A DNA stretch of 64,000 bases from Camelus ferus (GCF_009834535.1 NC_045697.1:12278001-12342000); one strand, 5' to 3'. Shown: positions 36,101 to 49,887, counted from the stretch's first letter. The notes: generated by a model from the letters alone, not told the origin. Made by a program: numbers and translations.

Positions 36101-38925
36101 ATTCGTTGTTTAAGCGGTGCTTTACATAATTGGAAGGTATAGTTTCAAGGTCGTTGGTATTGAAATAAAATTTAATGGCTAATTTCATTTACATCTATAA
36201 CTATAGACACTAAGGGATTAACTCTTATTTCAAAAGTGGATGTTTGTTGCTTTTTAAAATCATGTTTTGAAACATGTAATAAATTAGAGACTTGATATTA
36301 CTTAACATTGCCACGAGAAATGATAGGATGCTGGCATTTTTTTAAGGTCATATAGTACTTTATGCTAGATGCTTTCCACGCATTCTTTCATTTAATTTTA
36401 CAACTCTAGGGGGAAGCTGCTCTCTATTTATCTACCCATCCATCCATATACCCAACAAATGTTTATTAAATGCTTACTACGTACTAACCATAATGATGGC
36501 AATGATAAGAACAATAAGGTGTGCCTTGTGAGTAAAGGGGGATATGTGTGCCTGTGATTTGAGTAATTGGGATGGGAGGGTTTGTTCTGGATCTTGCACA
36601 TCACTGATGCTAAAATCCTTCCCTATCCCGATCCCCGGGGAACTGTTGTAAGAAGCAGCAGTGAAGACAATTATCAGGAATTTGCTGGAATTTCCCAGGT
36701 TGTCTGGTCTTAGTGTCTCACCATCATGGAAGTGGTCCCTTTGCGTGGGCTGATGATACTCTCTGACAGTTGTAACTGGGATTGCTGCTGTGGATAGAGA
36801 AAGCAGCACTTGTAATTCAGGGAGTATCTAGAGGGACTATGGTTTGATATTCACAGGGTGGGATTTTAGATGTACTTATTTGGATGTTAAAAGAGTGACA
36901 TCACTGTGTACCCCAGGGTAATAAGGTTGGACACATGGGTTATATAAATTTGAAGAAAGTAAAGTGTTGGAAGTCATATAGGTGATAAGCAAAGACACTA
37001 GGATTCAAATCTAGGTTTGTACAACCTCCTTTGGCAACTTTTTGAACCATTTGTAGACACTTACCTGAAATGCTTTACTTGAAATTTGCCTCTGCTACTG
37101 CCTGAAGAAAAATCTGTATAAAGCAGAGCACTTTTTGTAAGAGCAAAATGCTTCAGTAAATGGAAAGTCATCCCAAGTTGTACTCTGACTCACTGTCCTT
37201 TGTTCAAATTGTACTATTGACATATTCAGAGACAGAGTGTCTCTATGACTTAATTATGATGAGTATAATAATTGAAAGTAGGTGGTTATATTATGCCAGA
37301 GAAGATAATTAAATGGGGAATTGCACTATTAGCTGGGCTTTTAGTACCATGCATTATCCTTATGAAAGTTGATATTATGATTCCACTATACATTGCTCAG
37401 ACAAAAATATTTACAGAGTCAACACTTCAGATCAGTGGGCTTTAAGAAGTACATTAGGTATAAAAGGCATCCCAGAGATATCATTAGAATACTTTGGAAA
37501 TTTTACAAGCATAAATACAGGGCATTGACTTCCTTTTTGACCAGTAGTTTTATTGTCAGGATTGGCAGTTCTTCTTGCACCTACAATTTCAGTAGAAATA
37601 AATTAATCATTGAAGTGGATATTATAGAAGCATGGTGGCACCTTAGCTGTAAGTCTTACCGCTCTTTTCTCCTTGAAAATCATATATAAGGTGAATAGAG
37701 ACAAAATTAGAGTCTCAGCAAAGCTAGAAAACAGAATTCACAAATTTTTAAGTTACTGTGGCCCAAGCAAATGAAATCAGCATCACCTTCAAGGGAATGA
37801 TGGGACTGTCGGGGCTGAAGGTAGGATGAAGAATGGGGGAACATACAAAGGAGTAGCAGTGGTGGATATTAAAAATCAGAAGCAAATATTTACTCCCAGA
37901 GGGAGCAGACCCCTCCCTTTCTGAATGAAAGCGTTGTGAACTGGACTGAGATAGAACAGGGAATAATTGTTAAGGAAGGTGGGTAAAGAAGTTGCAGAAA
38001 GTATCTGGGGAAATCAAGAGGTCACTGACTTGTCTTTGAAAATTCTGTGTTCTGAAAGGGAGTGGACAGTTTAGAAGGGGAAAGGTATACACCCTTGGTA
38101 TCAGTGGCAAGCATAGGAAGCAAGGGCATATTAGCATTGTGGGTAGAAGCTCTTCTGAACCAGGTTAGGTTCTAAGTGGCAAAGGAGATGTGGATTATAT
38201 TGTAAATAGTCTACTACTTTAGCAATACCAGAGAGGACTTTTGAACATAGAAACCTAGAAAACTATTCACTGGCTGTCTTGTTACTAGCTGGTCTAGGAA
38301 AATGTGACTCATTTAAATATGAATAACAAAAATATATTGAAGACAGCATCCAAACAAAAACATTGTAAGAAGAATGTGCAAAAGAGCACCAATACTCCTC
38401 TGTATAGGAAAAACACTCATTGGAAAATGTTTCATGAAGCAAAGGAAAATTATAATCCAACATTTCAGTGTTAATTAAAAAAAAATTAATGCAATAAATC
38501 AGAAATATAAGAAATCAAAGAAAAGCCAAACAATCAACGGGAATTGGCCAGACTGTTGGAGGAGTCAAAGCAGAAGGTGATAGATTTCAGAAAAAAGAAA
38601 GAAGGAGAAGAAAATAAATAATTTCAAAGTGAAGACTGAATTTCAAAGAGTAAAACAGAACAGATAGTTTAGAAAGCACAGTAAGGGACATAGAAAAAAG
38701 AAATGAGAAAAAACAAGCAAATGAAATATAAATAAAGAGATACAATGATTAGAAAGCTAGAGATAGAATAAATACAAAGGAAATCCAACATATTCATAGT
38801 TGGAGTTTCCAAAAGGAAAAAACCCAAAAAGTGTAATGGAGCAATTATATAAAAATATAATTTATCAAATAAAAACAAACTCTCCTGAAAAAAGGAGAAA
38901 ATCTGAAGTTACATATTGAAAAACA

Positions 38926-39291
38926 TTTTAGTCAGTTTGGGCTGCTATAACAAATTACCATAGACTAGCTGGATTAAACAACATTTATTTCTCATGGTTC
39001 TGCAGGCTGGGAAGTTCAAAATCAAAGTGCTGGCAGATCTGAAGTCTGGTGAGAACCCTTCTCTTGGTTTGAAGATGGCTGTCTTCTCATAGTATCCTCA
39101 CATGGTGGAGAGCAGAGAGAGCTCTCTGGGGTCCCTTTTGTAAGGGTACTAATCCCATGACTAGGTGGACCTGTCATGACCTAATTATATTCCAAAGACC
39201 CTACTTCCTAGTACCATCACACTGAGGGTTAAGATTTCAACAAATAAATTTGGTGACAGGTTAGAGGGGACACAATCATTTAATTCATAAC
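38926..39291 (-). mobile_element. MLT1A-type MaLR solo LTR
   Basis: ttagtcagtttgggctgctataacaaattaccatagact...gggtactaatccc...cataaca. Confidence 0.88.
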
Positions 39292-39782
39292 AAAATGGTA
39301 TGTCACATTCCATGGGAAAATGACCCAGAATGGTCAGTGCCAAAACATAGCACAGTAGCCTGTAGATCTAAAGAAGCAGTATATTAGACAGATAAGCTTA
39401 TGTGACCTGTAAGAGAAAGAAAATCAAGCATCCATCAGATTTTCCACTGCAACATTGAATTTCAGGTGACAGTGGAACATCTACAGCTTATTCAAGGAAA
39501 AAATTTGAGTCAGGAATTTTATATTCAGCAAAGCTGTCTTTCAAGTCTGTAGTCTTGAACATGCAAAAGCTAAGGGTATATTGTTCACATAAACCCTTTT
39601 TAAGAGAATTTTCTAGAAGACAAAGTCCAATCTATTAAGAGATGGTAGAGGAAACTTCAGCGAAATAATTAGTGAGCATTGAACACATTTAACCACAGGA
39701 CAAAATCATAGGTAAGATCAGACTGTCAGTGTAGCACGTTGATATTACGTGCTCTGACAATGTGAAAATATAGGTACAAAAA

Positions 39783-40302
39783 TGTTTGGAAGAGAATTGA
39801 GGCTGCTGTCCTTTAAAAGCCTGCCTGAAAGGCTGGTCCTTGGCTGGTACCTGGGAACTTGGATTTCAAGAGGGTTCCTACCTTTCACAACTGGTAAAAG
39901 TGGCTTACTGTGGCTACACTGTACAGACATTGTGGTTTATGCTAAACACCTGCTTCCTTTCTGAGAGCCTAGAATTTTGGTACATGCTAAGCAGAGGGTG
40001 CCCTGTGTGACTTGCCGCCAATAAAAATCTTGAGCACTGAGTCTCCAGTGGGCTGTGAGGTAGACAGCATTTCACATGTAACATTACGAACTGAGCACCT
40101 CCTGTGTGACTCCACTGTCAGAGAACTCTTTAAGTTTGTGCCTGATTTTCTCAACATTTTGGCCCACGTGCCTCTTCCCTTTGCTGGTTTTGTTTGTATA
40201 CCTTCACTGTAACAAATCGTAGCTTGAGAGCAACTATAGCTGCGTCCTATGAGTCCTCCTTGTGAATCATTCAAAATGGGATGTTATTGGGGATCCCCAA
40301 CA
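39783..40302 (+). mobile_element. MER68-like ERVL solo LTR
   Basis: ccttggctggtacctgggaacttggattt...ccaataaaaatcttgagcactgagtctc...ggggatccccaaca. Confidence 0.85.
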
Positions 40303-41724
40303 CTGACTAAGGGTAACCACTGGAACAAAATACAAACCTTCCAAAATATCAGAATTATAAAAAAGAAATAAATGAGACCACATAGTAAAAGCTTCTATCT
40401 ATCCCCATCTACCCTCTTACCTATAACATGGCAAAACTAAAACCAAAAGCTGTGGTAAATCAATAATTATAAATGGGCTTAACTCATCCACTAAAAGAAG
40501 AAAGATCTTCAGATTGGATCACTAAATAAAACCCAATTCTGTGCTGAAACTGAAAGACACACAACACAAATTAGTGAAATGTTAAAAGGGTAAACAAATT
40601 TATGCAGATAAGCGAAAACCAAAAATAAAAAGTAAGTAGGGATTGCAATCTAAAATATGTATCAAAAAATTTAGTCCCAGATACCATTAAATGAGACCAA
40701 AAAACCATTCAATTTGCAACGAAAATATAGCAGTTACATAGTGTTGAAGGATACAGTCCACAACAAAGTTGCAATTGTCATAGTTATATTTGCACCAAAT
40801 AAGAACTTCATGAAGGAGAAAATAGAGGCAATTAATAATGAATAGATGAAAACACTGCCAGTAGAAAGTTTTCATTCATCTCTTTAGTGTTAAGATCAAC
40901 AGGACAGAAATAGGTATGTAGGTAGCCTATACAATGTAATCAATGAGGTATCTCTGGTGGGAGATATATATATATATTCAACTCTATACATTGATATATT
41001 TTTTAAATGTCTTTGAAACGGTAATAAAATTGACTATGTATTAGGCTCCAATACCAAAATGAAGTAAAACAAATGGACTACACTACCACAGTGCAGTAAA
41101 ACTAGAAATTAATGGCAAAAGCACAAAATGAAAAAGATTTTCCACCATGAAAAAAAATTTTAAAGCTGTATTAGAGGACCTTAGGAAAAAGGAAAATTGA
41201 GCAGAAAATGCAGAATTTCTTGAAACAAGTTAGTGAAAGTAATGCCTATCAGAATCCTAGGGTTAAGCCATTCTCAGAAGAAAATTTATAGCTGTAAATA
41301 CTTAGAGCAATAAAAATAAACCATAAAAATATGACACAAAAGATAGAAAAAGAAAAAAAAATAAACCAAAGGAAAGCCAAAAGAAAGTATTAATGAAAAT
41401 AAAAGCACGATGGAAGGGGTTGGAGAACATAATGAAAAAGATAAACTTAAACTCTTGTGAAAGGGATGAGATAATCTAAGAGAAAAGGAGGAAAGTACAT
41501 ATATACAAGAGAAATGACAAGAAGGGGAAACAAAACAAAAAGAGAAAACTGAAACATTGTAAGAGGGTATTTTGTGCAACTCTATATAAATTTTAAAACT
41601 TGAAAATAATAATTTTCCAAGAAAATACGACTTAGACCATGACATGTCAATTATGAGAAAAGTACCTGGAAGAGAAAGAAAATCCCAAGAGACCAATTTC
41701 CATAGGAAAGAAATAGAGAAATAG

Positions 41725-42230
41725 AAAACTCGGGGCTCCCTCATCCATTGCCCCTGAGCTCCGAATCTGTCCTTCTACATGTAGTTCTCTGATGCTGGGG
41801 CTGGGCCTTTGCGAACTACAGTTCGCAGGTTCCTTTGCCTGCAGCTGCCCTCTATTGATAGGGAGCACTGAGAAGGTGGAAGTCAGGAGCTGTAGAGAAT
41901 GGGCTTTTGATTTGTTGCCGTTTCTGTTTGTTACCCAGGATGATTAGTTTTCACCCTTCTGCTTCTGAGGGGATCCGTGGAAGCAGCTGCATCATGCTCC
42001 TCAGGTCAGAGCCTCCATTCTGCTTGGCCCTTCCTCTGAGCTCCTAGGTTCTTGTAACCTCACTCTCCTCTCTGTTGCTGCATCCCTAAGAGTGGTACCA
42101 GCCGTCTACAGTTAATTCTTGCTCTGCCTCAATATTCCCTTCTTGCTCCTTCAGCCTTAGAATACCTGTGTAATGAATTCCCCACCCTGAATTCCATCTG
42201 TTAAATATACAGTGTGGTATTTCCCCCCTT
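41725..42230 (+). mobile_element. LTR33-like ERVL LTR
   Basis: ggggctgggcctttgcgaactaca...aatacctgtgtaatgaattcccc...ctgttaaatatac. Confidence 0.6.
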
Positions 42231-42231
42231 G

Positions 42232-42400
42232 ATTTAACCTCTCTTGCTTCAGTTTTCTCAGATGTAAAATGGAGATGATGATGATATAATAATGATAACA
42301 ATAATACCTTATTAGGTTGTTACTAAATGAATTAATATGTGTAGATTCTTAGAACAAGTTCTGGCAAAGAGTAAACCCTATGTAAAATTACTGCTATTAT
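42232..42400 (+). mobile_element. MIR fragment
   Basis: atttaacctctcttgcttcagttttctcagatgtaaaatggagat. Confidence 0.8.
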
Positions 42401-42909
42401 CAAAAAGATTTACCTCACCTCTACCCTCCAAAAAACAAAACACTTGGCCTAGACAGATTTATAGAAAACTTTTATGAAAACTTTAAAGTGCAGATACTCT
42501 CATTGCTGTTTTATCTATTCTAGAGGATAGAAAAAGAAGGAAAATTTCCAAATCAGTTCTTGTGATGTAAGTACAACATTGATAACAAAGCTTAAGAAAA
42601 ATTTTACAAAAAAGGAAATTACAAAACTGTCTCATTTTATAAATAAAAATGAAAAATCCTGAATAAGGCATTAGCAAAGAAAGCTTGGCAGCATATTAAA
42701 GAATAAAGCACCATGACCAAGCCAGAAGTGGAAAAAGGCTTAATATTAGGAAATTTAGTAATATAATTCACCATGTTAATAGGTTTAATAGGTGTAATTT
42801 ATGTTGGAGGCCCTAGGGTTCAGTCTGTGGTTCTCTTCTCTATCTGCATTCACTCCCTTGGTGATCCCAAGTTCTCCTGACTTCATATGTTAGCCATGAC
42901 CTTTTTTTG

Positions 42910-43075
42910 CACAGCTCTCAAGTTAAAAATGATTTTTCATTTTTAAAAGGTTGTAAAAAAAAACCAACCAAACAACCTCTCCCCTTTCTTCCCCACATAC
43001 AAAAAAGAGGTGATGTCTCATAAAGGCTAAAATGTTCACTAGTTTTTTTAAAGAAAAGATTTGACGACTACTCAG
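42910..43075. mobile_element. hAT-Charlie MITE fragment (MER58-like)
   Basis: aatgatttttcatttttaaaaggttg...aaaggctaaaatgttcacta...agaaaagatttgacgact. Confidence 0.55.
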
Positions 43076-43309
43076 ATAAAATAAATGGTTTTGGAATAGA
43101 CTGACTTCTAAAAGATTTTTAATTTGAGTACAGTGTACATCCAGACAAGTGCACATGCCCTAAGTGTACTACTCCACAAATTCTGTAAACTGGCCATACC
43201 TGTGTAACCAGCACCCAAATAAAGAAACAGAATATTCCATGGTCCCCAGAAACCACCTTGTAATGAGAATGTCCTGCTTCTGTTCTTGCACATGCATGTC
43301 CTCATTTTT

Positions 43310-43726
43310 AAATTTTTTAAAATTTTTTAATTTTTATTGAGTTACAGTCAGTTTACAATGTTGTGTCAGTTTCTGGTGTACAGCACAGTTTTTCAGTCAT
43401 ACACGAATATACATATATTCATTTTTTCACCGTGAGCTAGTGCAAGATCTTGACTATATTTCCCTGTGCTATACAGTATAAACTTGTTTATCTGTTCTAT
43501 ATATACCTGTCAGTATCCATAAATCTCAAACTCCCAGTCTGTCCCTACCCACCCCACTCCCCTCTGGCAACCACAAGTTTGTATTCTATGTCTCTGAGTC
43601 TGTTTCTGTTTTATATTTAAGTTCATTTATCTTCTGTTTTTTGTTTGTTTGTTTGATTTTTAGATTCCACATATGAGTGATATTATATGGTATTTTTCTT
43701 TCTCTTTCTGTTTAACTGGACTTAGA
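43310..43726 (-). mobile_element. L1 3' end (camelid type), 5'-truncated
   Basis: 18-bp TSD atgcatgtcctcattttt at 43292-43309 and 43727-43744. Confidence 0.92.
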
Positions 43727-43744
43727 ATGCATGTCCTCATTTTT

Positions 43745-44526
43745 GAAAATTGAAGTATAGTCAGTTACAATGTGTCAATTTCTGGTGTATGGCATAATGT
43801 CCCAGTCATACATATATTAACATGTATTCATTTTCATATTCTTTTTCATTAAAGGTTATGACAAGATATTGAATATAGTTCCCTGTGCTACGCAGAAGAA
43901 ATTTGTTTTTTACGTATTTTTATGTATAGTAGTTAACATTTGCAAATCTCAAACTCCGAAATTTATCCCTTCTCAAATCCTCTCCTCCAGGAACCATAAG
44001 ATTGTTTACTATGTCTGTGAATCTGTTTCTGTTTTATAGATGAGTTCATTGTGTCCTCTATTTTCTTTTTCTTTTCTTTTCTTTTTTTTCAAATTCCACG
44101 TATGAGTGATATCAAATGGTATTTTTCTTTCTCTTTCTGGCTTACTTCACTTAGAATGACAATCTCCAGGTCCATCCATGTTGCTGCAAATGGCATTATT
44201 TTATTCTTTTTTATGACGAGTAGTATTCCTTTGTATAAATATACCACACCTTCTTTATCCAGTCATCTGTTGATGGACATTTAGGTTGCTTCCATGTCTT
44301 GGCTATTGTATGTTGTGCTACTAGGAACATTGGGGTGCACGTATCTTTTCAAATTAGAGTTCCCTCCAGACATATGCCCAGGAGTGGGATTGCTGGATCA
44401 TATGGTAAGTCTATTTTTAGTTTTTTGAGGAATCTCCATACTATTTTCCATGATGACTGCACCAAGCTACATTCTCACCAGCAGTGTAGGAGGGTTCCCT
44501 TTTCTCCACACCCTCTCCAACATTTA
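43745..44526 (-). mobile_element. L1 3' end (camelid type), 5'-truncated
   Basis: 3'UTR plus ORF2 end; flanked by tcctcattttt (to 43744 and 44527-44537). Confidence 0.92.
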
Positions 44527-45479
44527 TCCTCATTTTTAATCCATTGCAATCTTAAGAGTATAGGTTTGAAATTTGTTTTTCATATTCTTTCTTCTTCCAC
44601 TCTTATTAAAATTTCCTTCTCACCAGTAAGGAAAACATTTCAATTTTTAATCATTATCTTGCCCTATTTTTTTTAACAACTTGAAAGTTTTAACAGAAGA
44701 GAGAAATCAAAACTACATAAGCTGAGCAACATGAAACTAACACAACAGCATTGTGTAGGATGGCAGTGTATTTTTTTCTCTAAACAGACAGAACATAACA
44801 CTGAGAAATAACATAGTACTTCCCTTTAAATAGATTAGAGAGAATAACGCTTTGTGTCTTCAAGGTAGCATATACACAATCTAATGCCAAAGTTGCTATG
44901 GAAACTGTTGAATGATAGAAAAAACAGTTGCATAAAATCTGTATAATTCATGGATTTCTGAGAATTTTCAGCTGTAAATTTATAATACATAGGACTTCTT
45001 ACCCAACTGGGCATTTATCTATTTGGTAAACATCTTTTTTTTTTTTTTTGTCTATATGTGCTGAAATACTGCTATTGATTGAGTTACTCTGAAAAACTTG
45101 CCTGAGTTACCAAAATTCTGTTTTCGGGGCTTAAATTTGTGAAATATGCTTATTTCTTTATAAAGAAAAGTATACACACATACACATTCTTCACTTATTT
45201 AAAAAATCCATAAATTCCTATAAAAATTTATAATATTAAAGGTACTCTTCAGCCCTTTAGAAGTTTAACAGGAATAAGTGATCTGTGGGAAAACAAGAAG
45301 ACTGATAATTTAGAAGTCAATACTTACAAATACTAATTTTGACTCCAAAGTGGATCTGAAACAAGAAAAGATGGTGGGAATCTATGTCGTAGGCCACAGA
45401 TACTTTCACCTTCCTTTAAAGAAAAAGTAATGGAAAATCAGCAACTTACGAGCAGTTAAGCCTTCTTTGTTTTCAGCAT

Positions 45480-45790
45480 TCTTCTAGGCACCATGGCTAT
45501 ACAGCAGAAAAGATGACCTTGGAGCAAAATCCCCGTTCTCATGAGGCTTATATTCTAGCAGTGGTAGACAGATGCTAAACAAACAAAAATACTAGCTAGT
45601 GATGAGCACTAAAATGAGAATCAGGTAGAGGGGCAATTAATTTTACCAGTGGGTGGTCAGGGAAGTTCTCATCAAGGAGATTACCTTTGATTTAAAACCT
45701 AAATGGCAAGAAGGAGACAGGTAGATGGAGATTTGAGGAAACAACACCCAAGTAGAGGAAAAGCTGAGGCAGACCCTAGGACAGGGAAGA
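45480..45790 (-). mobile_element. L2 fragment
   Basis: ttctaggcacc...ccgttctcatgaggcttatattctagc...ggtggtcagggaagttctc. Confidence 0.7.
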
Positions 45791-46809
45791 GTTTGTTTCT
45801 CTCTCCTGAGAACTGTAAGCTGCTTTTAGTACCTAGTACCCACTTCTATGTGAAATTCAGAGAGCACTGTATTGTTTGACATTGGAGTGACATTAAAAGG
45901 GAAGAAAAGTTTTCCTTTTTGTTGCCTATCTTCTCTGCAGTCATGGCCTTGATGCTTCAGAGTGATCTGCTGTCAGAAGATTCAGCTGCAGTGTTCTAGC
46001 TCAGTATGCACTCTTTTTCTTACATGTACACCTTTTCTTTTTCCTTTCCTGCCTCCTTGCCAGCTTGTCTTCCCTTCTTTCCACCCTCCCTTTCTCCTTC
46101 CTTCCTTCCCTGGCTTCCTTCCTTTATTCCACAAACATCTGCAAAATGCCCAGAGTGTGTGTACATGACAAAGGCACAATAAGAGAAGTTTTGTGGGAAC
46201 AGATTCATCAGAGTTCACCAAGAACAGGTGGTCCCCATCCAAGGAATTCAAATGCACAGCTTGCTTTAGTCCTTGGCTGATCTTCTGAGATGGAATTTAA
46301 AAGTTCCAGATTCCCAAATTTCAAAACACAATAACCTCCTCTGTTTGTTTCACTTATAGCAAATGTCTCCATTTGTGAGATCAACATTTTTGGCATGAGC
46401 ATTTTGAGGTGGGAGTGTGGGGGAAAGTGTTGTGCCAACAGTCAGGGGAAAGGAAACTTTGTTCTTTATGCATGAAAATAATGACTAATTCCTTTACATC
46501 AGGGTTGGCCTTTAGGATATTGGTTTTGAAAACAACTCATTAGTGAGGGGAAAGAAACAACAGACATGCAAACAGAGTCATAGAAAAGTGCAAAGTGGAC
46601 TGTGTGCCGAGGATGAACATGAAGACCTGTCGTAGCATGTAGCACATACAGTTGGGAATATATTTTGGAGCATTTTATAGCATTTTTATAAGTGGGTTGC
46701 TTAGCTGTTTTAGCCACTCTGGACTTCAAAATTTGAATACAGTTGTTTATGGAGTCAACATCATTTGGATATTATTGTTACTATTACTGTTTTAATTAAC
46801 ACTGTCTGA

Positions 46810-46971
46810 GGGGAGGGTATAGTTCAGTGGTAGAGTGCTTGCCCAGCATGCCCTAGGTCCTGGGTTCAATCCCCAGTACCTCCATTTAAATAAATAAATA
46901 AACCTAATCACCCCCCCCAAATAAAATAAACTTTAAAGACTAAATGAAAATTAAAAATAAATAAATAAAAA
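46810..46971 (+). mobile_element. Camelid tRNA-derived SINE (Vic-1-like)
   Basis: ggggagggtatagttcagtggtagagtgc...ggtcctgggttcaatccccagtacctcc (A/B boxes) with an A-rich tail. TSD aacactgtctga / aacactatctga. Confidence 0.9.
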
Positions 46972-47292
46972 AACACTATCTGAGGAGGTTCTTTAATTAG
47001 AAACTTTTATGAAGATAATTGAAGGGTTACTAGTGAATCCATATTAGCAAATGAGAAATGTTTACGGTTTATTTACTATGTATAAACCTAACCGTAATTA
47101 CATTTTAGTTCATTGTCAATAATAACTGGATATGAACTTCCCTGTCTCTTCTCACTAAGAACTAGTGCAGCCCTTGACCTTGCATTGCCAAGCAAAAGGC
47201 AGTGCTCCAGGCTGACTAGCACTCTCCATTCCTTTAGTCTCTGTTGACCCACCTCCCACACCAGTTGGTCACGGAAAAGCTGCTTTCTTGGT

Positions 47293-47737
47293 TGTGATGA
47301 GTAATGTTATGTGTCAGCTTGACTGGGCTCAAGAATGCCTAGAAGATGATTTTGAAGATGAGCAAAGATCCACCCTCACAAATGTGGGTGGGCATTGTTC
47401 AGTCTGTTGGGGGCTCAGATAAAACAGAAAAGTGGAGGAAGGGTGAACTCTTTCTCCTCTTGAGCTGTTCGTCCATCTTCTCCTGCCCTCAGACAGCAGA
47501 GCTCCTGGTTCTTGAGTTTTGGGGCTCCAGGACTTATGCATTGGCTCCTTTGGTTCTCTTTGGACTTGGACTGAATTATTCCACTCACTTTCCTGGTTCT
47601 GTAACTTGCAGACAGCAGATTGTGGGACTTCTTGACCTCCATAACCATGTGGACCAATTCCTATAATAAATCTTTTCATATATATAACTATATGTACCCT
47701 GTTGGTTCTGCTTCTCTGAAGAACACTGACCAATACA
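47293..47737 (+). mobile_element. MLT2 (ERVL) solo LTR
   Basis: tgtgatgagtaatgttatgtgtcagcttgactgggc...ttggttctgcttctctgaagaacactgaccaataca. Confidence 0.88.
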
Positions 47738-47808
47738 AACTATTAAGTTTAGGACAGTTTGGAGAATTTTCAATTTCTACTTCTTCAGTTGTTTGGTGTT
47801 TTAAGTTC

Positions 47809-48166
47809 TGCTATGGTCTGAATGTTTCTGTTCCCCCAAAACATGCATATTGAAATTCTAACCTCCAAAGTGATTGTATTAGGACATGCGGCCTTTGGGA
47901 GGTAATTAGATCATGAGGGACGAACCCTCCTGACTGGGATTAGTGCCCTTAGAAAAGGGACCCCAGAGAACCCTCTCACCCTCTTTCCCACCACGTGAGG
48001 ATACAATGAGAAGCCTGCACACCATGAAGAAGGTTCTCACCAGTCCCCGACCATTCTGGCACCTTGATCTTGGACAGTCTCCAGAACTGTGAGAAATGAA
48101 TTTCTGTTGTTTTTAAGTCACTCAGTCTCTTGTATTTTGTTATAGTTATCTGAATAGACTAAGACA
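47809..48166 (+). mobile_element. MLT1A-type MaLR solo LTR
   Basis: tgctatggtctgaatgtt...gactaagaca. 4/5 TSD agttc/atttc. Confidence 0.88.
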
Positions 48167-48860
48167 ATTTCTAACCACAGTTTTTATTGCTTTTCTTCAA
48201 TGTTCTTTTCAAAGCACTGGCTGCTCAGGGATGCTGCTGTGTGGCTCTGTGTTCTCAGCAGCATCTGTCTTCTCTCCTGCAGGTCCCTGTAGACTTGAGC
48301 ACTGACAGGGGGTGAGGGTGAGGGTGAGGGTGAGAGGTTAATTAATTCTGACTTTTTTGTGTGTGAAGCAACTTCCTGACTGGATCAGAACCAATGAACA
48401 GTTCCTCTTTTCCATGACTGTCTGTGGACCCTGTTGTTGTCCCTGATGCTACTGACACACACCCCTCTGGCTCAAGCTCTCACCCAGAGTCTCTGATCTC
48501 TGTCCACCTACCTACCTCCTGTGTTCTTCCATCCCTCCATCTTCCTGCTCTCCATGCTCCTGATACACTGGACCTTTTTTAGTTTCTGGCCACCATATTC
48601 TGTTCTGTCTCAGGGCTATCTTACATGCTGTTCTTCTACCTGAAAAGCTTTTCTGCTGTGATCAGCCGTTTTCACTATCCCAGAACCCTCTCCCTCATTT
48701 CTCAGATCTCTGTTAAATGCCTCAACTGCGGGGATAGTGTCCTTGACCATGTAGTCTACATTGGACTTGTTTACAATACATTCTCTGCATTAGTTAGGGT
48801 CATGCTAACCAATTCAACTTCCCCATTTAAGTAGTTTTATGTAGCTTATTTCTTACTCAT

Positions 48861-49310
48861 TGTATCAATTTCCTAGGGCTCATGTAACAAAGAACCAAAA
48901 CCGCAATGGCTTAAAACAACAGAAAATTATTGTCTCAGTTCTGGAGCCTAGAAATCTGAAATCAATGTGTCAGATATTCTCTCTGATGGCTCTGAGGGCC
49001 ACAAGAATCCTTCTTGCGATTTCTAGCCTCTGGTATTTGCTGGTAATCCTTGGTGTTCCTTGACTTGTAGATCCATCACTCCAGTTATATACCATTTTCT
49101 TCCTGTGTGTTTCTACCTTGTCTTTCCCCTGTGTGTCTGTCTCTGTGTCCAAATTTCTCCTTTTATTCAGCATGCCAGTCATATCAGATTGGGGCCTGAT
49201 CTAATGGCTTCATTTTAAATTGATTACCCCCATGAAGACCCTTATTTCCAAATAAGCTCACATTCTGAGGTACTGGGAGTTATGGCTTCAGCATAATTAA
49301 ACTTATAATG
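48861..49310 (-). mobile_element. MLT1B/C-type MaLR LTR nested in an older MaLR LTR (about 48788-49600)
   Basis: tgtatcaatttcctagggct...ggcttaaaacaacagaaa...cacattctgaggtactggg. Confidence 0.8.
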
Positions 49311-49634
49311 CTCACATAATATAGATTTTTCTTGGTCAGTGAGCAGCTTTCCTATCCATGGTGATTTAGGAACTAGATTCCTCTTTATGGCTTTACTGTC
49401 CCTCAGACTTTGGCATTATCTATGTGTAGCTGATGAAGGAAGGGAGGGAGAGTGTGGAGAAGGCACAGTACCTCATTCCGGTGTTGGCACGGAGACGGTG
49501 CATGTCCATTCTCACACACCGCTGGGGAGGACTTGTCCCAGGCTCTGCCTAGACACAAGGAGAGAATGGAAAGTGTAGTCTGCTGGGTGTGGCCTTTTAA
49601 GTCAATTGTGGAGAAGAGCTGGTACTTCTATTTA

Positions 49635-49868
49635 CAATCCACTGCAGACCAATGTTTTGTAAAGTAAAATAAAATATTATATTTAAAAATGAATTAAAAG
49701 TGATAGATCAGTTTATTAAAATTTAGCAGACATAAAATTATTTTACCAAAATTCTGTAAGTTTCTGAACACTTAAACTTTCTGTTTCTGTGTTTAGTCTC
49801 ATCATGGACCAGTAACAAAAAAGTTACGGGTACTAGGCCATGGCCCACACTTTTGAGTAGCGCCGCCT
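49635..49868. mobile_element. hAT-Charlie (Charlie4-like) fragment
   Basis: ctcatcatggaccagtaacaaa...ggccatggcccacacttttgagtagc terminus. Confidence 0.6.
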
Positions 49869-49887
49869 TACGCTGTCAGTGGGAGTG

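Larger units (their letters stand above)
37620..42790 (+). mobile_element. Ancient, heavily decayed L1 (5' region, ORF1 and ORF2 remnants) interrupted by several LTRs and a MIR
   Basis: A-rich plus strand with L1-like motifs: aaatccaacatattcatagttggagtttcc (ORF1), aaatgggcttaactcatccactaaaag (endonuclease), ataaagcaccatgaccaag (RT region). Confidence 0.65.

Noticed and set aside
46810..46885. tRNA gene
   Set aside because: The tRNA-like head is followed by a SINE body, A-rich tail and TSD, with no proper acceptor stem.
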